Below, piece by piece: positions 22,141-32,206 of a stretch of 64,000 nucleotides of DNA. Source of the stretch: an uncultured Clostridia bacterium (GTDB lineage: Bacteria; Bacillota; Clostridia; Christensenellales; UBA1242); assembly GCA_934747775.1 (NCBI GenBank), contig CAKVHA010000007.1:1437-65436 (forward strand), in the 5' to 3' direction. The notes beneath the pieces are model-generated. The model did not search any database, had not been told where the DNA came from, and saw only the letters and a program-made list of their open reading frames with translations. Both the position numbers and the translations under genes were made by a program. Position 1 is the stretch's first letter. Each line of letters opens with the position of its first letter.

Positions 22141-23508
22141 ATGGAATTACCAAATAATTTTTTAAACCGAATGAAAGAAATGCTTGGCGACGACTACAAC
22201 GCGTTTTTACAATCATACGAAAGTGAAAATAAAATGGGGCTACGCTTTAATCCGCTTAAAAACACAAGCGGAATTTTTAGTGATCTAAAGCCAATACCTT
22301 GGGCAAAATATGGCTACTATTACACCGACGACTTAAAACCTGGAAAAAGCGTGTGGCACGACCTTGGACTGTACTACATTCAAGAACCAAGCGCTATGAG
22401 TGTGGCAAGCATTTTAGCCCCAAAACCAACTGATTATGTGCTAGACCTATGCGCTGCACCCGGTGGAAAAAGCACGCAAATTGCAGCACTTATGGAAAAC
22501 CGCGGACTACTAATATCCAACGAAATCATCGCAAAACGCGCACTAATTTTAGCGGACAACATTGCTAGACTTGGCTTTTCAAACACGGTTGTAACAAACG
22601 AAACACCAGATAATATTGCAGCCAAGTTTGATGGTTTTTTTGATAAAGTGCTAGTTGACGCGCCTTGCTCTGGCGAAGGAATGTTTAGAAAAAATCCAGA
22701 AGCAACAACCGAATGGAGCGAACAAAATGTGGCTATGTGTGCTGAAAGGCAACTAAACATTTTAAACACCATAAAAAACACACTAAAACAAAACGGCATA
22801 CTAGTGTACTCTACTTGCACATTTTCAGCTCAAGAAAACGAGCAAGTTATTGAAAAGTTTTTACAACAAAACCCAAACTATAAACTTTTAGACATAGACC
22901 ACACACATTTTTCTTGTGGACTAATTAAAAACACCGAAACTGGACTAAAAGACATAACAAAAACAGTACGAATTTTTCCACATATTACAGGTGGCGAAGG
23001 TCACTATGTGGCAAAAATGATAAAAACCGATGAAAGTGACGACAACTCAAAGCCATTAAAGCAAAACATAGACAAAAAGTCGCTTGAAGTGCTAAACGCA
23101 TTTTTTAAACAAACCAAAATAACTTTGCCTATCGGAACATATTTAAATTTTAACAACCACATTTATATATGCCCAGCTGCCACCCCTAATTTGGACAAAC
23201 TAAAAATTCAACTTGCGGGACTATATTTAGGCGAAATTGACAAAAACAAAAACTTTATACCTAGCCATAATCTTGCACTATCAACGGGATTTAACAACAA
23301 CTTTAACCAACCAATTTGCAACAAAACACTAGAACTTAATGACAAAGAATTTGCTGACTACATAAGCGGACTTACGATTTCAACATCTTCCCCCCTTGTT
23401 GGCTGGACACTACTAACACACAACGAAAACCCAATCGGCTGGGGTAAAATTTCAGGCGGTCAAATTAAAAACCACTATCCAAAACATTTACGTAGAAATA
23501 TAACTTAA
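22141..23508 (+). CDS. rRNA cytosine-C5 methyltransferase, NOL1/NOP2/Sun family (RsmF/RsmB-like)
   Basis: DLCAAPGGKS SAM motif, DAPCSGEGMFRK and YSTCT catalytic cysteines. The C-terminal extension is PUA-like. Confidence 0.85.
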   Translation: MELPNNFLNRMKEMLGDDYNAFLQSYESENKMGLRFNPLKNTSGIFSDLKPIPWAKYGYYYTDDLKPGKSVWHDLGLYYIQEPSAMSVASILAPKPTDYVLDLCAAPGGKSTQIAALMENRGLLISNEIIAKRALILADNIARLGFSNTVVTNETPDNIAAKFDGFFDKVLVDAPCSGEGMFRKNPEATTEWSEQNVAMCAERQLNILNTIKNTLKQNGILVYSTCTFSAQENEQVIEKFLQQNPNYKLLDIDHTHFSCGLIKNTETGLKDITKTVRIFPHITGGEGHYVAKMIKTDESDDNSKPLKQNIDKKSLEVLNAFFKQTKITLPIGTYLNFNNHIYICPAATPNLDKLKIQLAGLYLGEIDKNKNFIPSHNLALSTGFNNNFNQPICNKTLELNDKEFADYISGLTISTSSPLVGWTLLTHNENPIGWGKISGGQIKNHYPKHLRRNIT

Positions 23509-23590
23509 AAATTGTCTATATGATTTATAAATTAACTATTTACTAAATTTTAGATTATTGATATAATAGCTTTTAAAAGGGAGAAATTAT

Positions 23591-24469
23591 ATGAAAGAAC
23601 CACTAATTTTAGACGGAAAAGCAACATCCAAAAAGATTGAAGCGCAATTAAAAGAGCGTGTGGAAGCGCTTAAAAAGAAACTTGATTTTGTGCCAAAACT
23701 TGCAACAATTATTGTTGGCGATTTTGCTCCGTCGGTGACTTATGTAAATATGAAGCGTAAAGCGTGCGAGCGTGTAGGACTTGAAAGCCTTATTATTGAA
23801 ATGCCAGAAAGCACAACAACCGAACAACTAGAAAAGAAAATTAAAGAACTTAATGCGAACAAAACCATATGTGGAATACTTTTGCAACACCCTGTTACTA
23901 AGCAAATAGACGAAAGAAAATGTTTTGACACTATCGCATTAGAAAAAGATGTAGACGGTGTAAATTCGGCATCATATGGCGGAGTCGTTATGGGGCTAAA
24001 CAATTACAAGAGTGCTACTCCACTTGGAATAATGACCTTATTAAAAGAATATAACATAGAACTTAGCGGAAAACACGCGGTTGTTGTGGGCAGAAGCCCA
24101 ATACTAGGCAAGCCAATTTCGGCACTACTTTTAAACGAAGATTGCACGGTTACTGTTTGCCACCGCAAAACCAAAAACTTGCCAGAGATTTTAAAAACTG
24201 CCGACATTGTTGTGGGTGCCGTGGGCAAGCCAAACTTTATTAAAGCCGACTGGATAAAGACAGGCACTGTGCTTGTGGACGCTGGATACAACGAAGGAAA
24301 TGTGGGCGACATTGATATGGAAAACTGCAAACACAAAGCAAGTGCTTACACCCCTGTTCCCGGTGGTGTTGGTCCAATGACTATTGTTTCACTAATGTCA
24401 CAAACTGTTGACGCTGCCGAAAAAATTGCTAATAAGGAGTATCTTAGGCACTTCGGACTTGAAAAATAA
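23591..24469 (+). CDS. folD: bifunctional methylenetetrahydrofolate dehydrogenase/cyclohydrolase FolD
   Basis: YVNMKRKACERVG, DVDG, GRSPILGKP and PVPGGVGPMT motifs. 292 aa. Confidence 0.95.
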   Translation: MKEPLILDGKATSKKIEAQLKERVEALKKKLDFVPKLATIIVGDFAPSVTYVNMKRKACERVGLESLIIEMPESTTTEQLEKKIKELNANKTICGILLQHPVTKQIDERKCFDTIALEKDVDGVNSASYGGVVMGLNNYKSATPLGIMTLLKEYNIELSGKHAVVVGRSPILGKPISALLLNEDCTVTVCHRKTKNLPEILKTADIVVGAVGKPNFIKADWIKTGTVLVDAGYNEGNVGDIDMENCKHKASAYTPVPGGVGPMTIVSLMSQTVDAAEKIANKEYLRHFGLEK

Positions 24470-24617
24470 TTAATAATAAAAACCACTTTTAAAGCCAATA
24501 AAAAGGCAAATTTAAAGCGGTTTTTTTATTTAACCACTTATAACACTGTTTTTTATTTTACAAATTTAAACATATATGTTATATTGTGATTAATATTATA
24601 TTTTTAGGAGAACTAAT

Positions 24618-25472
24618 TTGGAAAATAATCCTAACAACAAATTAGAACAACAGAAAGTTCTGAACACTGAAAACACAACCACCACTCCAAGAGTCGAAAC
24701 TGGTGGCAGTACTGAAAACAAAACCAGCAATAGCGTACAAAGTAATAGCGAAACACGAAAAGAAAGTCAAAACATAAACGTGGAAGAAAAACCACAAAAT
24801 GAGATTGACAAGCTTACAAAATACTACAATCTAAAACAAGATAAGCCGCGTGCCAACGCAATTGTTTTAATGGTTTTAAGTATTGTAGCTATGGTAGCGA
24901 GCATTGTAATCGGATTATATTTTACAGTGTTTCTTGCGGCAAGTGTTTTTGGATTTGATACTGGCAAGCTGTTTGACAAAGGCATAAACACACTTACTTT
25001 TGGTCTATCGGGTTTAATGGGAGCAATATTGTACATTGTAGGTGGCACGGCGATAATTTTATTAATTGCAATTACTTACACATATGCGCTTGGATATTTT
25101 AAGTTGTTTAAAAACCTTACAAAAACAAAAAATCAGCCATATTATGTTGCGGCATTTAACGGCACACTAATACAATCTTGCATTTGGTATTTTATACTTT
25201 TTGCTTTGTCTATGGTGCTAACTTTAATTACTATTAGCGACAAAAGTCTCACAATTAGCCTAATTATGTTTGTTGTGCTTACCGCAATAACTCTTGTGTT
25301 GTTGGTTGATGTTGTGGTTGAGTTAATAATTGGACGTGTAAAATATTCAAAACTTGCCGATCAAGAATTAAAAACCGCAATTAAAAAAGAAGCTCACGAT
25401 CGTTACAAATTGTATTTGTTTAAAAACGGCAGCAGAATTGAAAAAAGAAAAACAAGAAAGAGGTGGTTTTAA
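24618..25472 (+). CDS. hypothetical membrane protein (TTG start)
   Basis: AGGAG lies 7 nt upstream of the TTG. Asn/Thr/Glu-rich N-terminal 80 aa, then about 5-6 TM helices and a basic C-terminus. Confidence 0.5.
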   Translation: MENNPNNKLEQQKVLNTENTTTTPRVETGGSTENKTSNSVQSNSETRKESQNINVEEKPQNEIDKLTKYYNLKQDKPRANAIVLMVLSIVAMVASIVIGLYFTVFLAASVFGFDTGKLFDKGINTLTFGLSGLMGAILYIVGGTAIILLIAITYTYALGYFKLFKNLTKTKNQPYYVAAFNGTLIQSCIWYFILFALSMVLTLITISDKSLTISLIMFVVLTAITLVLLVDVVVELIIGRVKYSKLADQELKTAIKKEAHDRYKLYLFKNGSRIEKRKTRKRWF

Positions 25473-25882
25473 TGAAATTACTTGAAGTGTTATGGCCATT
25501 TTTTAAAGGCAGAGATAGAAATGTTGTGTTGTATGAAGACTTTAAAAAAGAGCGCCCAGACGATGTGCCAAAACTAAAACAGTTTGGTGTAAAAAGCATT
25601 ATATACTCGGTTTTAAGCCTTGTATTTGGTGTGCTTTGTGTGCTAGGAATTATACTTTGTTTACAAAGTGCAAACTTATTTTTCCTAATTTTTGGAACAA
25701 TGTTTATAATTTATCTTACAGTTGTGTTTTGCTTGGTTGTAAACATTAAAAGCATTGTGTGTTGGGTTTTACAACTTAAATGCAACAAAAAAGCCATTGG
25801 TTGGATTGCTATGGCTTTATGGATTGTATGCACAATTTTAACCATTGTTTTGCCACTTTTAATTTTGGCTAACATTAAATAA
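25472..25882 (+). CDS. hypothetical membrane protein (start moved to the ATG at 25472)
   Basis: TAATG stop/start overlap with the upstream gene, and AAGAGG lies 8 nt upstream. Three or four TM helices. Confidence 0.5.
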   Translation: MKLLEVLWPFFKGRDRNVVLYEDFKKERPDDVPKLKQFGVKSIIYSVLSLVFGVLCVLGIILCLQSANLFFLIFGTMFIIYLTVVFCLVVNIKSIVCWVLQLKCNKKAIGWIAMALWIVCTILTIVLPLLILANIK

Positions 25883-26179
25883 AAATTTACATCAATTAGT
25901 ATAAACACCCTACTTTATGCGAAATTTTAAACCGCATAAGCTTAGATTAGTTTATATTAATTGATGTTTTTTATTATTAAAAATTAGAACATTTGTTTTA
26001 TAATTCTACACTAAAAACATTGACTTTAGTGTGATAATTTGATAAAATTTTATAGTAGAAAAAATATCTAATTTGCTGTGTTTTTAGATTAAATAACACA
26101 AAATTTTAGTTTGAATAACAAAAAAAACATAAAATTTACTGCATTTTTTAGACAATTTACAACTTTAAAAAGGACAATT

Positions 26180-27475
26180 ATGGATTTATTTGAAGGAAAT
26201 ATAAAACAATATGCGCCACTTGCGGACAGATTGCGCCCCACTACTCTAGACAATTTTATTGGTCAAGAACATTTGGTGTATCCTAACAGCTTGCTTGTGC
26301 GTGCAATTAAGGCTAGCACTATTGGCAGTTGCATTTTTTGGGGTCCACCTGGAACTGGCAAAACAACAATTGCAAACATTATTGCAAACTCGTGCAACGG
26401 CATTTTTAAAAAACTTAACGCTGTAAGTTCGGGTGTTGGCGACGCGAAAGAAATTATCTCACAAGCAAAAAGCACATTACAGTTGTACGGCAAAAAAACA
26501 TTTTTGTTGTTGGACGAATGTCACCGCTGGAGCAAGGCGCAATCGGACTGTGTGCTAGAAGCTATTGAAACTGGCTGCATTGTTTTTATTGGTTCAACCA
26601 CTGAAAATCCTTACATTAATATGACTCGAGCAATTGTTAGCAGATGTCAAATTTTTGAATTTAAGCCGCTTAGCAAAGCAAATGTTGTTAAGGCGCTAAA
26701 CAACGCTGTAACCAACAAAGAACAAGGTTATGGAAACATTAATGTTAAGTTGTTGCCAGAAGCTAGCGAACACCTTGCTTGGGCAAGCGCTGGCGACCTA
26801 CGCAGCGCCTACAACGCGCTAGAGCTTGCGGTTAAAACCACACCAGCCAATGCTATGGGCGAAATTGTTATAGACAAAAAAGTTGCGGAAGAATGTATTC
26901 AAAAGCGCGAGATTAGTTTGGACGAAAACACAAGTTTTGATATGCTTAGCGCGTTTTGTAAAAGTTTGCGTGGAAGTGATGCTGATGCGGCGCTATTCTG
27001 GGCACAAAAATTGTTGCTTAGCGGGTTTGACCCACTAATACTTGCAAGAAGGCTGGTTGCTCACGCAAGCGAAGATGTGGGAATGGCAGATAGCAACGCG
27101 GTTTTACTTGCGCTTAGCGCTTTGCAAAGTTGCGAAAAACTTGGAATGCCAGAATGCAACCTTACGCTTTGTCACGCCATTATTTACATTTGTGAAGCCG
27201 AAAAAAGCAACAGCGTTTGTGTTGCTATGAACGCAGCAATGGCTGATGCGGAACAATACAAAGATGCGGTTGTTCCCAACCACCTTAAAAACCACCCAAC
27301 TGGCTACAGTGACGGACACGGAAGTTATAAGTATCCACACGATTTTGGCGGATATGTGAAACAACAATATTTGCCTGATGTATTAAAAGACAAAATATAT
27401 TACAAGCCTTTAAACAATGGGCGCGAACGCGGAATGACACGTAAAAAATACGACAGCCGCGTTAAAAAGGGATAA
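26180..27475 (+). CDS. rarA: replication-associated recombination protein A (RarA/MgsA AAA+ ATPase); start moved to MDLFEG
   Basis: PLADRLRPTTLDNFIGQEHL, Walker A GPPGTGKTT, Walker B LLLDECHRW, and the MgsA C-terminal domain (HLKNHPTGY...YKYPHDFGG.V.QQYLP). Confidence 0.93.
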   Translation: MDLFEGNIKQYAPLADRLRPTTLDNFIGQEHLVYPNSLLVRAIKASTIGSCIFWGPPGTGKTTIANIIANSCNGIFKKLNAVSSGVGDAKEIISQAKSTLQLYGKKTFLLLDECHRWSKAQSDCVLEAIETGCIVFIGSTTENPYINMTRAIVSRCQIFEFKPLSKANVVKALNNAVTNKEQGYGNINVKLLPEASEHLAWASAGDLRSAYNALELAVKTTPANAMGEIVIDKKVAEECIQKREISLDENTSFDMLSAFCKSLRGSDADAALFWAQKLLLSGFDPLILARRLVAHASEDVGMADSNAVLLALSALQSCEKLGMPECNLTLCHAIIYICEAEKSNSVCVAMNAAMADAEQYKDAVVPNHLKNHPTGYSDGHGSYKYPHDFGGYVKQQYLPDVLKDKIYYKPLNNGRERGMTRKKYDSRVKKG

Positions 27476-27485
27476 AACTAGCAAG

Positions 27486-27515
27486 AAAAAACCACCTGTA
27501 ATAGGTGGCTTTTTT
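27486..27515. terminator. bidirectional terminator between rarA and rnpB
   Basis: aaaaaa-ccacct-gtaat-aggtgg-c-tttttt. Confidence 0.65.
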
Positions 27516-27517
27516 AT

Positions 27518-27852
27518 GTTAGCATAGCCGTAAGCGGAGTTCTGTATTAAACAATCATCTATCTAGCATTGATGTCGCCATCAATTTCAAGCGGTGTAAC
27601 GAGAGTCTGCCGAGCAGGGTTATAACAACTCTCTACCTTGCACCAAGTGGGGTTTACAAAAATTGTAGTTACCTACAAAGTTGGTGTGCTCTTACCACGC
27701 CTTTTCGCCCTTACCAAGTAAACTTGGCGGTATATTTTCTGTTGCACTTTCCTTGGGGTCGCCCCCACCAGCCGTTAGCTGGCACTATTGCTCTATGGTG
27801 CTCCGACTTTCCTCAGGAGTAATTAGCTCCCGCGATTGTATGTCTATCTAAC
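27518..27852 (-). ncRNA. rnpB: RNase P RNA (ribozyme), class-A-like
   Basis: The reverse complement contains GAGGAAAGTCGGAGC (CR-I), GCAACAGAAAATATACCGCC, AGGGCGAAAAGGCGTGGTAAGAGCACACC, GTAAACCCCACTTGGTGCAAGG, CTAGATAGATGATTG and ACAGAACTCCGCTTA. A P1 helix GTTAGATAG / CTATGCTAAC closes the ends. Confidence 0.88.
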
Positions 27853-27900
27853 AACAATTAGTATATCATAATGTTAAAATTTTGTCAAATTATCTAGCAG

Positions 27901-29061
27901 TTACATTACAGATACAGATTGACGTTTTACTGGAATATCAAGTAACAAATTGCAAAGTTCGTCGTTTCTTTCGCTTTGTTTTTTAAGTTTGTCATCGGTT
28001 TTTAGCATATATTTGCTGGTTTTTAGTGCAGAATAAACATCGTTTACAGCAGATTTACTCTTTTTAGAAACCTTTTCGCCATTATAAATAGCAACTTCGC
28101 ATTTGTCCTTAATATCTCTAATAACGTCTAAGTATTTGTTTAGCTCGTTTTTGTATTTTTCGGATAACGAAACATAACTATCTTTGCCCAAAGTTCCAAG
28201 TTGATTTATTACTTCGTCCACTTCTTGTGCTTTTGGCAAAACCTTTGTTTTGTTGTATTTTTCAATAATGCTGTTTGCTTTTTCAATTAAAGCTTTATTC
28301 CCAAATCTGCCCATTACACATTCCATACGGCGTAATCTAAAGCTAATATATGGTTTTAAATTTTCAATATCCTTAACTGTAAGTTGGTCTTTATAAAAGT
28401 CAAACAATTTTCTAAAGCCCTTATAACCTGCGTCGCCAATTTGAGCATCGGTTGAATTTAAGTAGTTAAGCTCCTTAAAATCATTTTCTTGTAAGTCGTA
28501 CTGATTATCTACGCTTTCATATTTTTTGAAGAAATCAATTAACCCTAACTTACTTTGTTTTTGTTCTGGCAATCTTAAGTAAGCATCCAAAACTTTAGCG
28601 AAATCTGTGTCCAAAACTTTTAGATTGTCTGCAAGAGTAGTTTCTTTGTTTATGGTGTAATACACGCTATTTTTTTGAAGCGCATAGTTTAACATTTGCG
28701 AAAAATATTTGTCTAATTTTTTGCAATCGTAGTCGCCACACAACGAAATAATGTCTAATAATTTGTCTGTGCCATTTGATGTATAAGCTTTAATTGTTTT
28801 TGCAAAACCTTTTGCACACATAACATTGTGGTCATCGCGATAATACTCTCTCGCCTTTACCCTAACATCTTTTTTGCCATACAAAAATTTGTCAAAAACT
28901 TCATCTGCGTTTTTAGCAAATTTTAGCTCATTATCAAAACTTGCAGCAAGTGCTTCGGCATAGTTAATACGGCTCATTTTAACAACATCCAAAAGTGCGC
29001 TTGGGTTTAAAATTTTGTTGTTATCAATAAAAAACTTGGTTTCGTCATTCATTTTTATCAA
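27901..29061 (-). CDS. hypothetical protein (386 aa)
   Basis: Long ORF with an AGGAG SD. No family recognised. Confidence 0.5.
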   Translation of the reverse strand: MIKMNDETKFFIDNNKILNPSALLDVVKMSRINYAEALAASFDNELKFAKNADEVFDKFLYGKKDVRVKAREYYRDDHNVMCAKGFAKTIKAYTSNGTDKLLDIISLCGDYDCKKLDKYFSQMLNYALQKNSVYYTINKETTLADNLKVLDTDFAKVLDAYLRLPEQKQSKLGLIDFFKKYESVDNQYDLQENDFKELNYLNSTDAQIGDAGYKGFRKLFDFYKDQLTVKDIENLKPYISFRLRRMECVMGRFGNKALIEKANSIIEKYNKTKVLPKAQEVDEVINQLGTLGKDSYVSLSEKYKNELNKYLDVIRDIKDKCEVAIYNGEKVSKKSKSAVNDVYSALKTSKYMLKTDDKLKKQSERNDELCNLLLDIPVKRQSVSVM

Positions 29062-29195
29062 TCTCCTAATTTAGTTTTATTATACTATCACACTTTACTC
29101 GCAATTTCAATAGCCAACGGCATAAAAAAAGAAGAAATTTTAAAAGCAATATTACTTTTTTAATTCCTTCGAAATTTATACTAATTTATTATGGC

Positions 29196-30080
29196 TTAAC
29201 TAATGGTAATACTAAAAACCAAAGCATCGGCAAAGTTATAGTTTTTATTAGGTCGAAATTTTGCATACAATGTGGTGCTTTCACTTAGTGTTTTTGATGT
29301 ATCCAGCTCAACACCATTTTCGTCGGTGAAATAAAACTCCACTTCCCTGCCGTTTTGTATGTTAAGATTATTGTCTAAAATTATTTTTTCTAGCGTATCA
29401 GTAGCTCTGGCAGAAATGTTTGTTTTTCCAGTATACACAGGTGCATCGGCTTTTAAAATGCTCCAATTTAGCAGCTGATATTCCGATTTTAAAACTTCGT
29501 TGTTGTCGTTTATCCATACATATTTTTTAGGGTTTGTAAGTTTTAATTTAACCGAATAATCGCCAGCGTCGGTTTGATTTGAATAAGTTACAACTTCATA
29601 CAGTTGCTCTGTTTTGTCCGCATTAAAAGCGTCTTTTTCTAGCTCGCTTTTTATGTCTACTTCTGTTCCGTCGTAGGTGCAAGAATACATCTTTGGAACA
29701 CACACTGTTAGCGGATTAACCTTAATATCGGCAGTAAATGTTAGTTTTGAGCGTTTTGCGGTTACAATAAATTGGAATGTGCCGTACGCAGTTCCGTCAT
29801 ATGTACAGCTAACAGTGTAGTCAGCTTTCATTAAATCTTCCCACTTGTCGCCAGTTTTTTGCTTTACAGTAAGTTTTTTGTACACGCCGTCACCAACGGT
29901 TATTTCGTTTTCATAGCCGCTAACACTTAGCTCGCCAGCAACAGTTGTGCTACCACCAGTGTTTGGCTTTTCTTCATCCGCGCCGTTATCGGTGTTTCCG
30001 CAAGCGGTTAGCACAAAACAAAACGCTATTAAACTTAAAACAAGCAAGTGCTTAAAAAGTTTTTTCATTTGCAACTCCAT
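29196..30080 (-). CDS. hypothetical lipoprotein
   Basis: Signal peptide with lipobox VLTAC. Beta-rich body with repeated ..Y(S/T)CTYDGT.. segments reminiscent of MBG/YDG-type adhesin modules. Confidence 0.55.
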   Translation of the reverse strand: MELQMKKLFKHLLVLSLIAFCFVLTACGNTDNGADEEKPNTGGSTTVAGELSVSGYENEITVGDGVYKKLTVKQKTGDKWEDLMKADYTVSCTYDGTAYGTFQFIVTAKRSKLTFTADIKVNPLTVCVPKMYSCTYDGTEVDIKSELEKDAFNADKTEQLYEVVTYSNQTDAGDYSVKLKLTNPKKYVWINDNNEVLKSEYQLLNWSILKADAPVYTGKTNISARATDTLEKIILDNNLNIQNGREVEFYFTDENGVELDTSKTLSESTTLYAKFRPNKNYNFADALVFSITIS

Positions 30081-30151
30081 TTTTCTTTATAATGATATCA
30101 CATTAGATGTAATTTTCAAAATAAATAGTAAAATTATTTTATGTAAAAAAG

Positions 30152-30853
30152 CTATCTATAATCATTGCAGTGTACAACTTGCCGTAATATTTCAAGCGAC
30201 TTTTTTTCGAGCCTACTAACATAACTGCGGCTTATATTTAATTTAACCGACACTTCTCGCTGCGTTAGGGCTGGGTTTCCATTAAGTCCATATCGCAAAC
30301 ACATTATGGTGTACTCCCTATTAGACAAATGTGACCTTAGCACTTCTTCCAGTTTTTTACTAATTAGCATAGAGCCCACAATTTGCTCCACATCGCTATC
30401 TGGGGCTTCCACAATGTCTAATACGCTAATTTCGTTGTCGTCTATATCATTTAGCAGTGTATCTTCTACACTAACGCAGTTTTTGTGCTTTTTATTTACT
30501 CTAAGCAGCATTAAAATTTCATTTTCTATACACCTAGCGGCATAGGTCGAAAACTGCGTGTTGTGACCATACTGATATGTGTTTATTGCTTTTATCAACC
30601 CCAAACTGCCAGCACTTATTAGGTCGTCCGCTTCTTCTGTTCCGCCATACTTTTTAACTATATGTGCCACAAGTCGCAAGTTGTGATGAATTAAAATTTC
30701 TTTTGCACTTTCGTCTTTTTTATCGTGAAACCGCCTTAAATACTCGGTTTCTTGGTCGGCGGTTAGCGGTTTTGGAAACGATGATGTTTTGTTTACATAC
30801 GCCGTAAAAAACATTACTTTTCTTAAAAAAGCACTAAAACTTTCAAATATCAT
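30152..30853 (-). CDS. sigK: sporulation sigma factor SigK (with pro-sequence)
   Basis: FLRKVMFFTAYVNKTSSFPKPLT ... HNLRLVAHIVKKY ... YAARCIENEILM ... ISRSYVSRLEKK closely parallels B. subtilis pro-sigma-K as I remember it (VKELVFLVSYVKNNAFPQPLS ... HNLRLVAHIVKKF ... YAARCIENEILM ... ISRSYVSRIEKR). Confidence 0.85.
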   Translation of the reverse strand: MIFESFSAFLRKVMFFTAYVNKTSSFPKPLTADQETEYLRRFHDKKDESAKEILIHHNLRLVAHIVKKYGGTEEADDLISAGSLGLIKAINTYQYGHNTQFSTYAARCIENEILMLLRVNKKHKNCVSVEDTLLNDIDDNEISVLDIVEAPDSDVEQIVGSMLISKKLEEVLRSHLSNREYTIMCLRYGLNGNPALTQREVSVKLNISRSYVSRLEKKSLEILRQVVHCNDYR

Positions 30854-30991
30854 TTAACACCCCTCTATTTTTATATATATGCGAAGGATGTCGAAATTTG
30901 CTTGTACATAAAAAACAACCGCACTAGAATTTACTTTTACTAATGTGGTTGTTTTTAAAATATTAAATTTATTTACAAAATTTATACGATA

Positions 30992-32206
30992 TTATTTGTT
31001 TACTTGCTTTCTTAAAATGTCGCCTTGTTTTAGTTGAAGTGCGGTTTTTATTAACAACTTTTGTTGAACCTGATTTGCGTCCAAAACTTCTGCACCATTT
31101 TCATCGGTCATACGTTCAATTAATATTGTTTTGTTAAAGGTATCGTTTGGCGACAAAACTTCTAGCGTGTCACCAACTTTAAAGCGGTTTCGCATTTCAA
31201 CCAACACTTCTCCGTTTTTAGCATCGGCTAGCACCACAGCCATAAACTCGTGGGTTTGAACTGGCATACTGCTTTCTAAACACTCCTTATCGTAAGCGCC
31301 GTAATAAAATCCAGTTGTATAGCGGCGATGGCTAGCTTTTTCTAGTTCTGCCACCAATTCGGCTGGGCAAACATATTCTCCGCCCTTTTCTAAAATATTT
31401 AAAGCACGACGATACGCGTTAACAACCGTAGCCACATAATATGGGCTTTTCATACGACCTTCTATTTTAAAACTTGTTACACCAGCATTTTTTAGGTCGT
31501 TTATATGCTCAATCATTTTTAGGTCTTTACTATTTAAAATATATGTTCCGCGTTCGTCTTCTTGCATTTCTAGGTACTCGCCTTTGCGGTTTTTCTCACG
31601 AATACAGTACTCCCAGCGGCAAGCCTGAACACAAGCGCCGCGGTTGCTGTCACGCCCAGTAAGATAATTTGAAAGCAAACATCTGCCAGAATACGAAATA
31701 CACATTGCTCCGTGAACAAACACTTCTATTTCTATATCGCTAGGCAAATAGTCCCTAATTTCTTTAATTTCATTAATACTCAATTCACGCGCTAAAATTA
31801 TGCGTTTTGCGCCCATTTTTACAAACTGCATTGCAGTGTATTTGTTTGTTACGCTAGCTTGCGTGCTAACGTGAATATCCACATCTGGAGCATACTGTTT
31901 TACAAAATCCATAACGCCAATATCGCTAACAATAACCGCGTCAACCTTAATTTTGTTTAAAAAACTTAAGTACTCCGGTAGCCCAGAAAAATCGCCATTA
32001 TGAGCCAAAACATTAATTGTAATGTATGCTTTTTTGCCTAAACTATGGCAATATTCTACACTTTTTTCAAGTTCGTCTAAATCAAAATTTTCCGAAAACG
32101 CCCTTAGTCCATATTCCTTGCCTGCAAAATAGCAAGCGTCGGCACCAAAGTAAAATGCGGTTTTTAATTTTTCCATATTGCCCGCTGGGGCTAAAAGTTC
32201 AATCAT
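30992..32206 (-). CDS. peptidase U32 family protein (YrrO/YegQ-like; family linked to tRNA ho5U synthesis)
   Basis: MIELLAPAGN start, then AVIVSDIG and the E.FVHGAMCISYSGRCLLS motif typical of U32. Confidence 0.85.
   Translation of the reverse strand: MIELLAPAGNMEKLKTAFYFGADACYFAGKEYGLRAFSENFDLDELEKSVEYCHSLGKKAYITINVLAHNGDFSGLPEYLSFLNKIKVDAVIVSDIGVMDFVKQYAPDVDIHVSTQASVTNKYTAMQFVKMGAKRIILARELSINEIKEIRDYLPSDIEIEVFVHGAMCISYSGRCLLSNYLTGRDSNRGACVQACRWEYCIREKNRKGEYLEMQEDERGTYILNSKDLKMIEHINDLKNAGVTSFKIEGRMKSPYYVATVVNAYRRALNILEKGGEYVCPAELVAELEKASHRRYTTGFYYGAYDKECLESSMPVQTHEFMAVVLADAKNGEVLVEMRNRFKVGDTLEVLSPNDTFNKTILIERMTDENGAEVLDANQVQQKLLIKTALQLKQGDILRKQVNK

Noticed and set aside
25985-25998. AGAACATTTGTTTT, a third LexA-box-like sequence upstream of the rarA promoter.
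   Set aside because: It has two mismatches in the fixed positions, including the right-arm GTTC, in very AT-rich DNA, and it sits upstream of the -35. It is easily a chance match.
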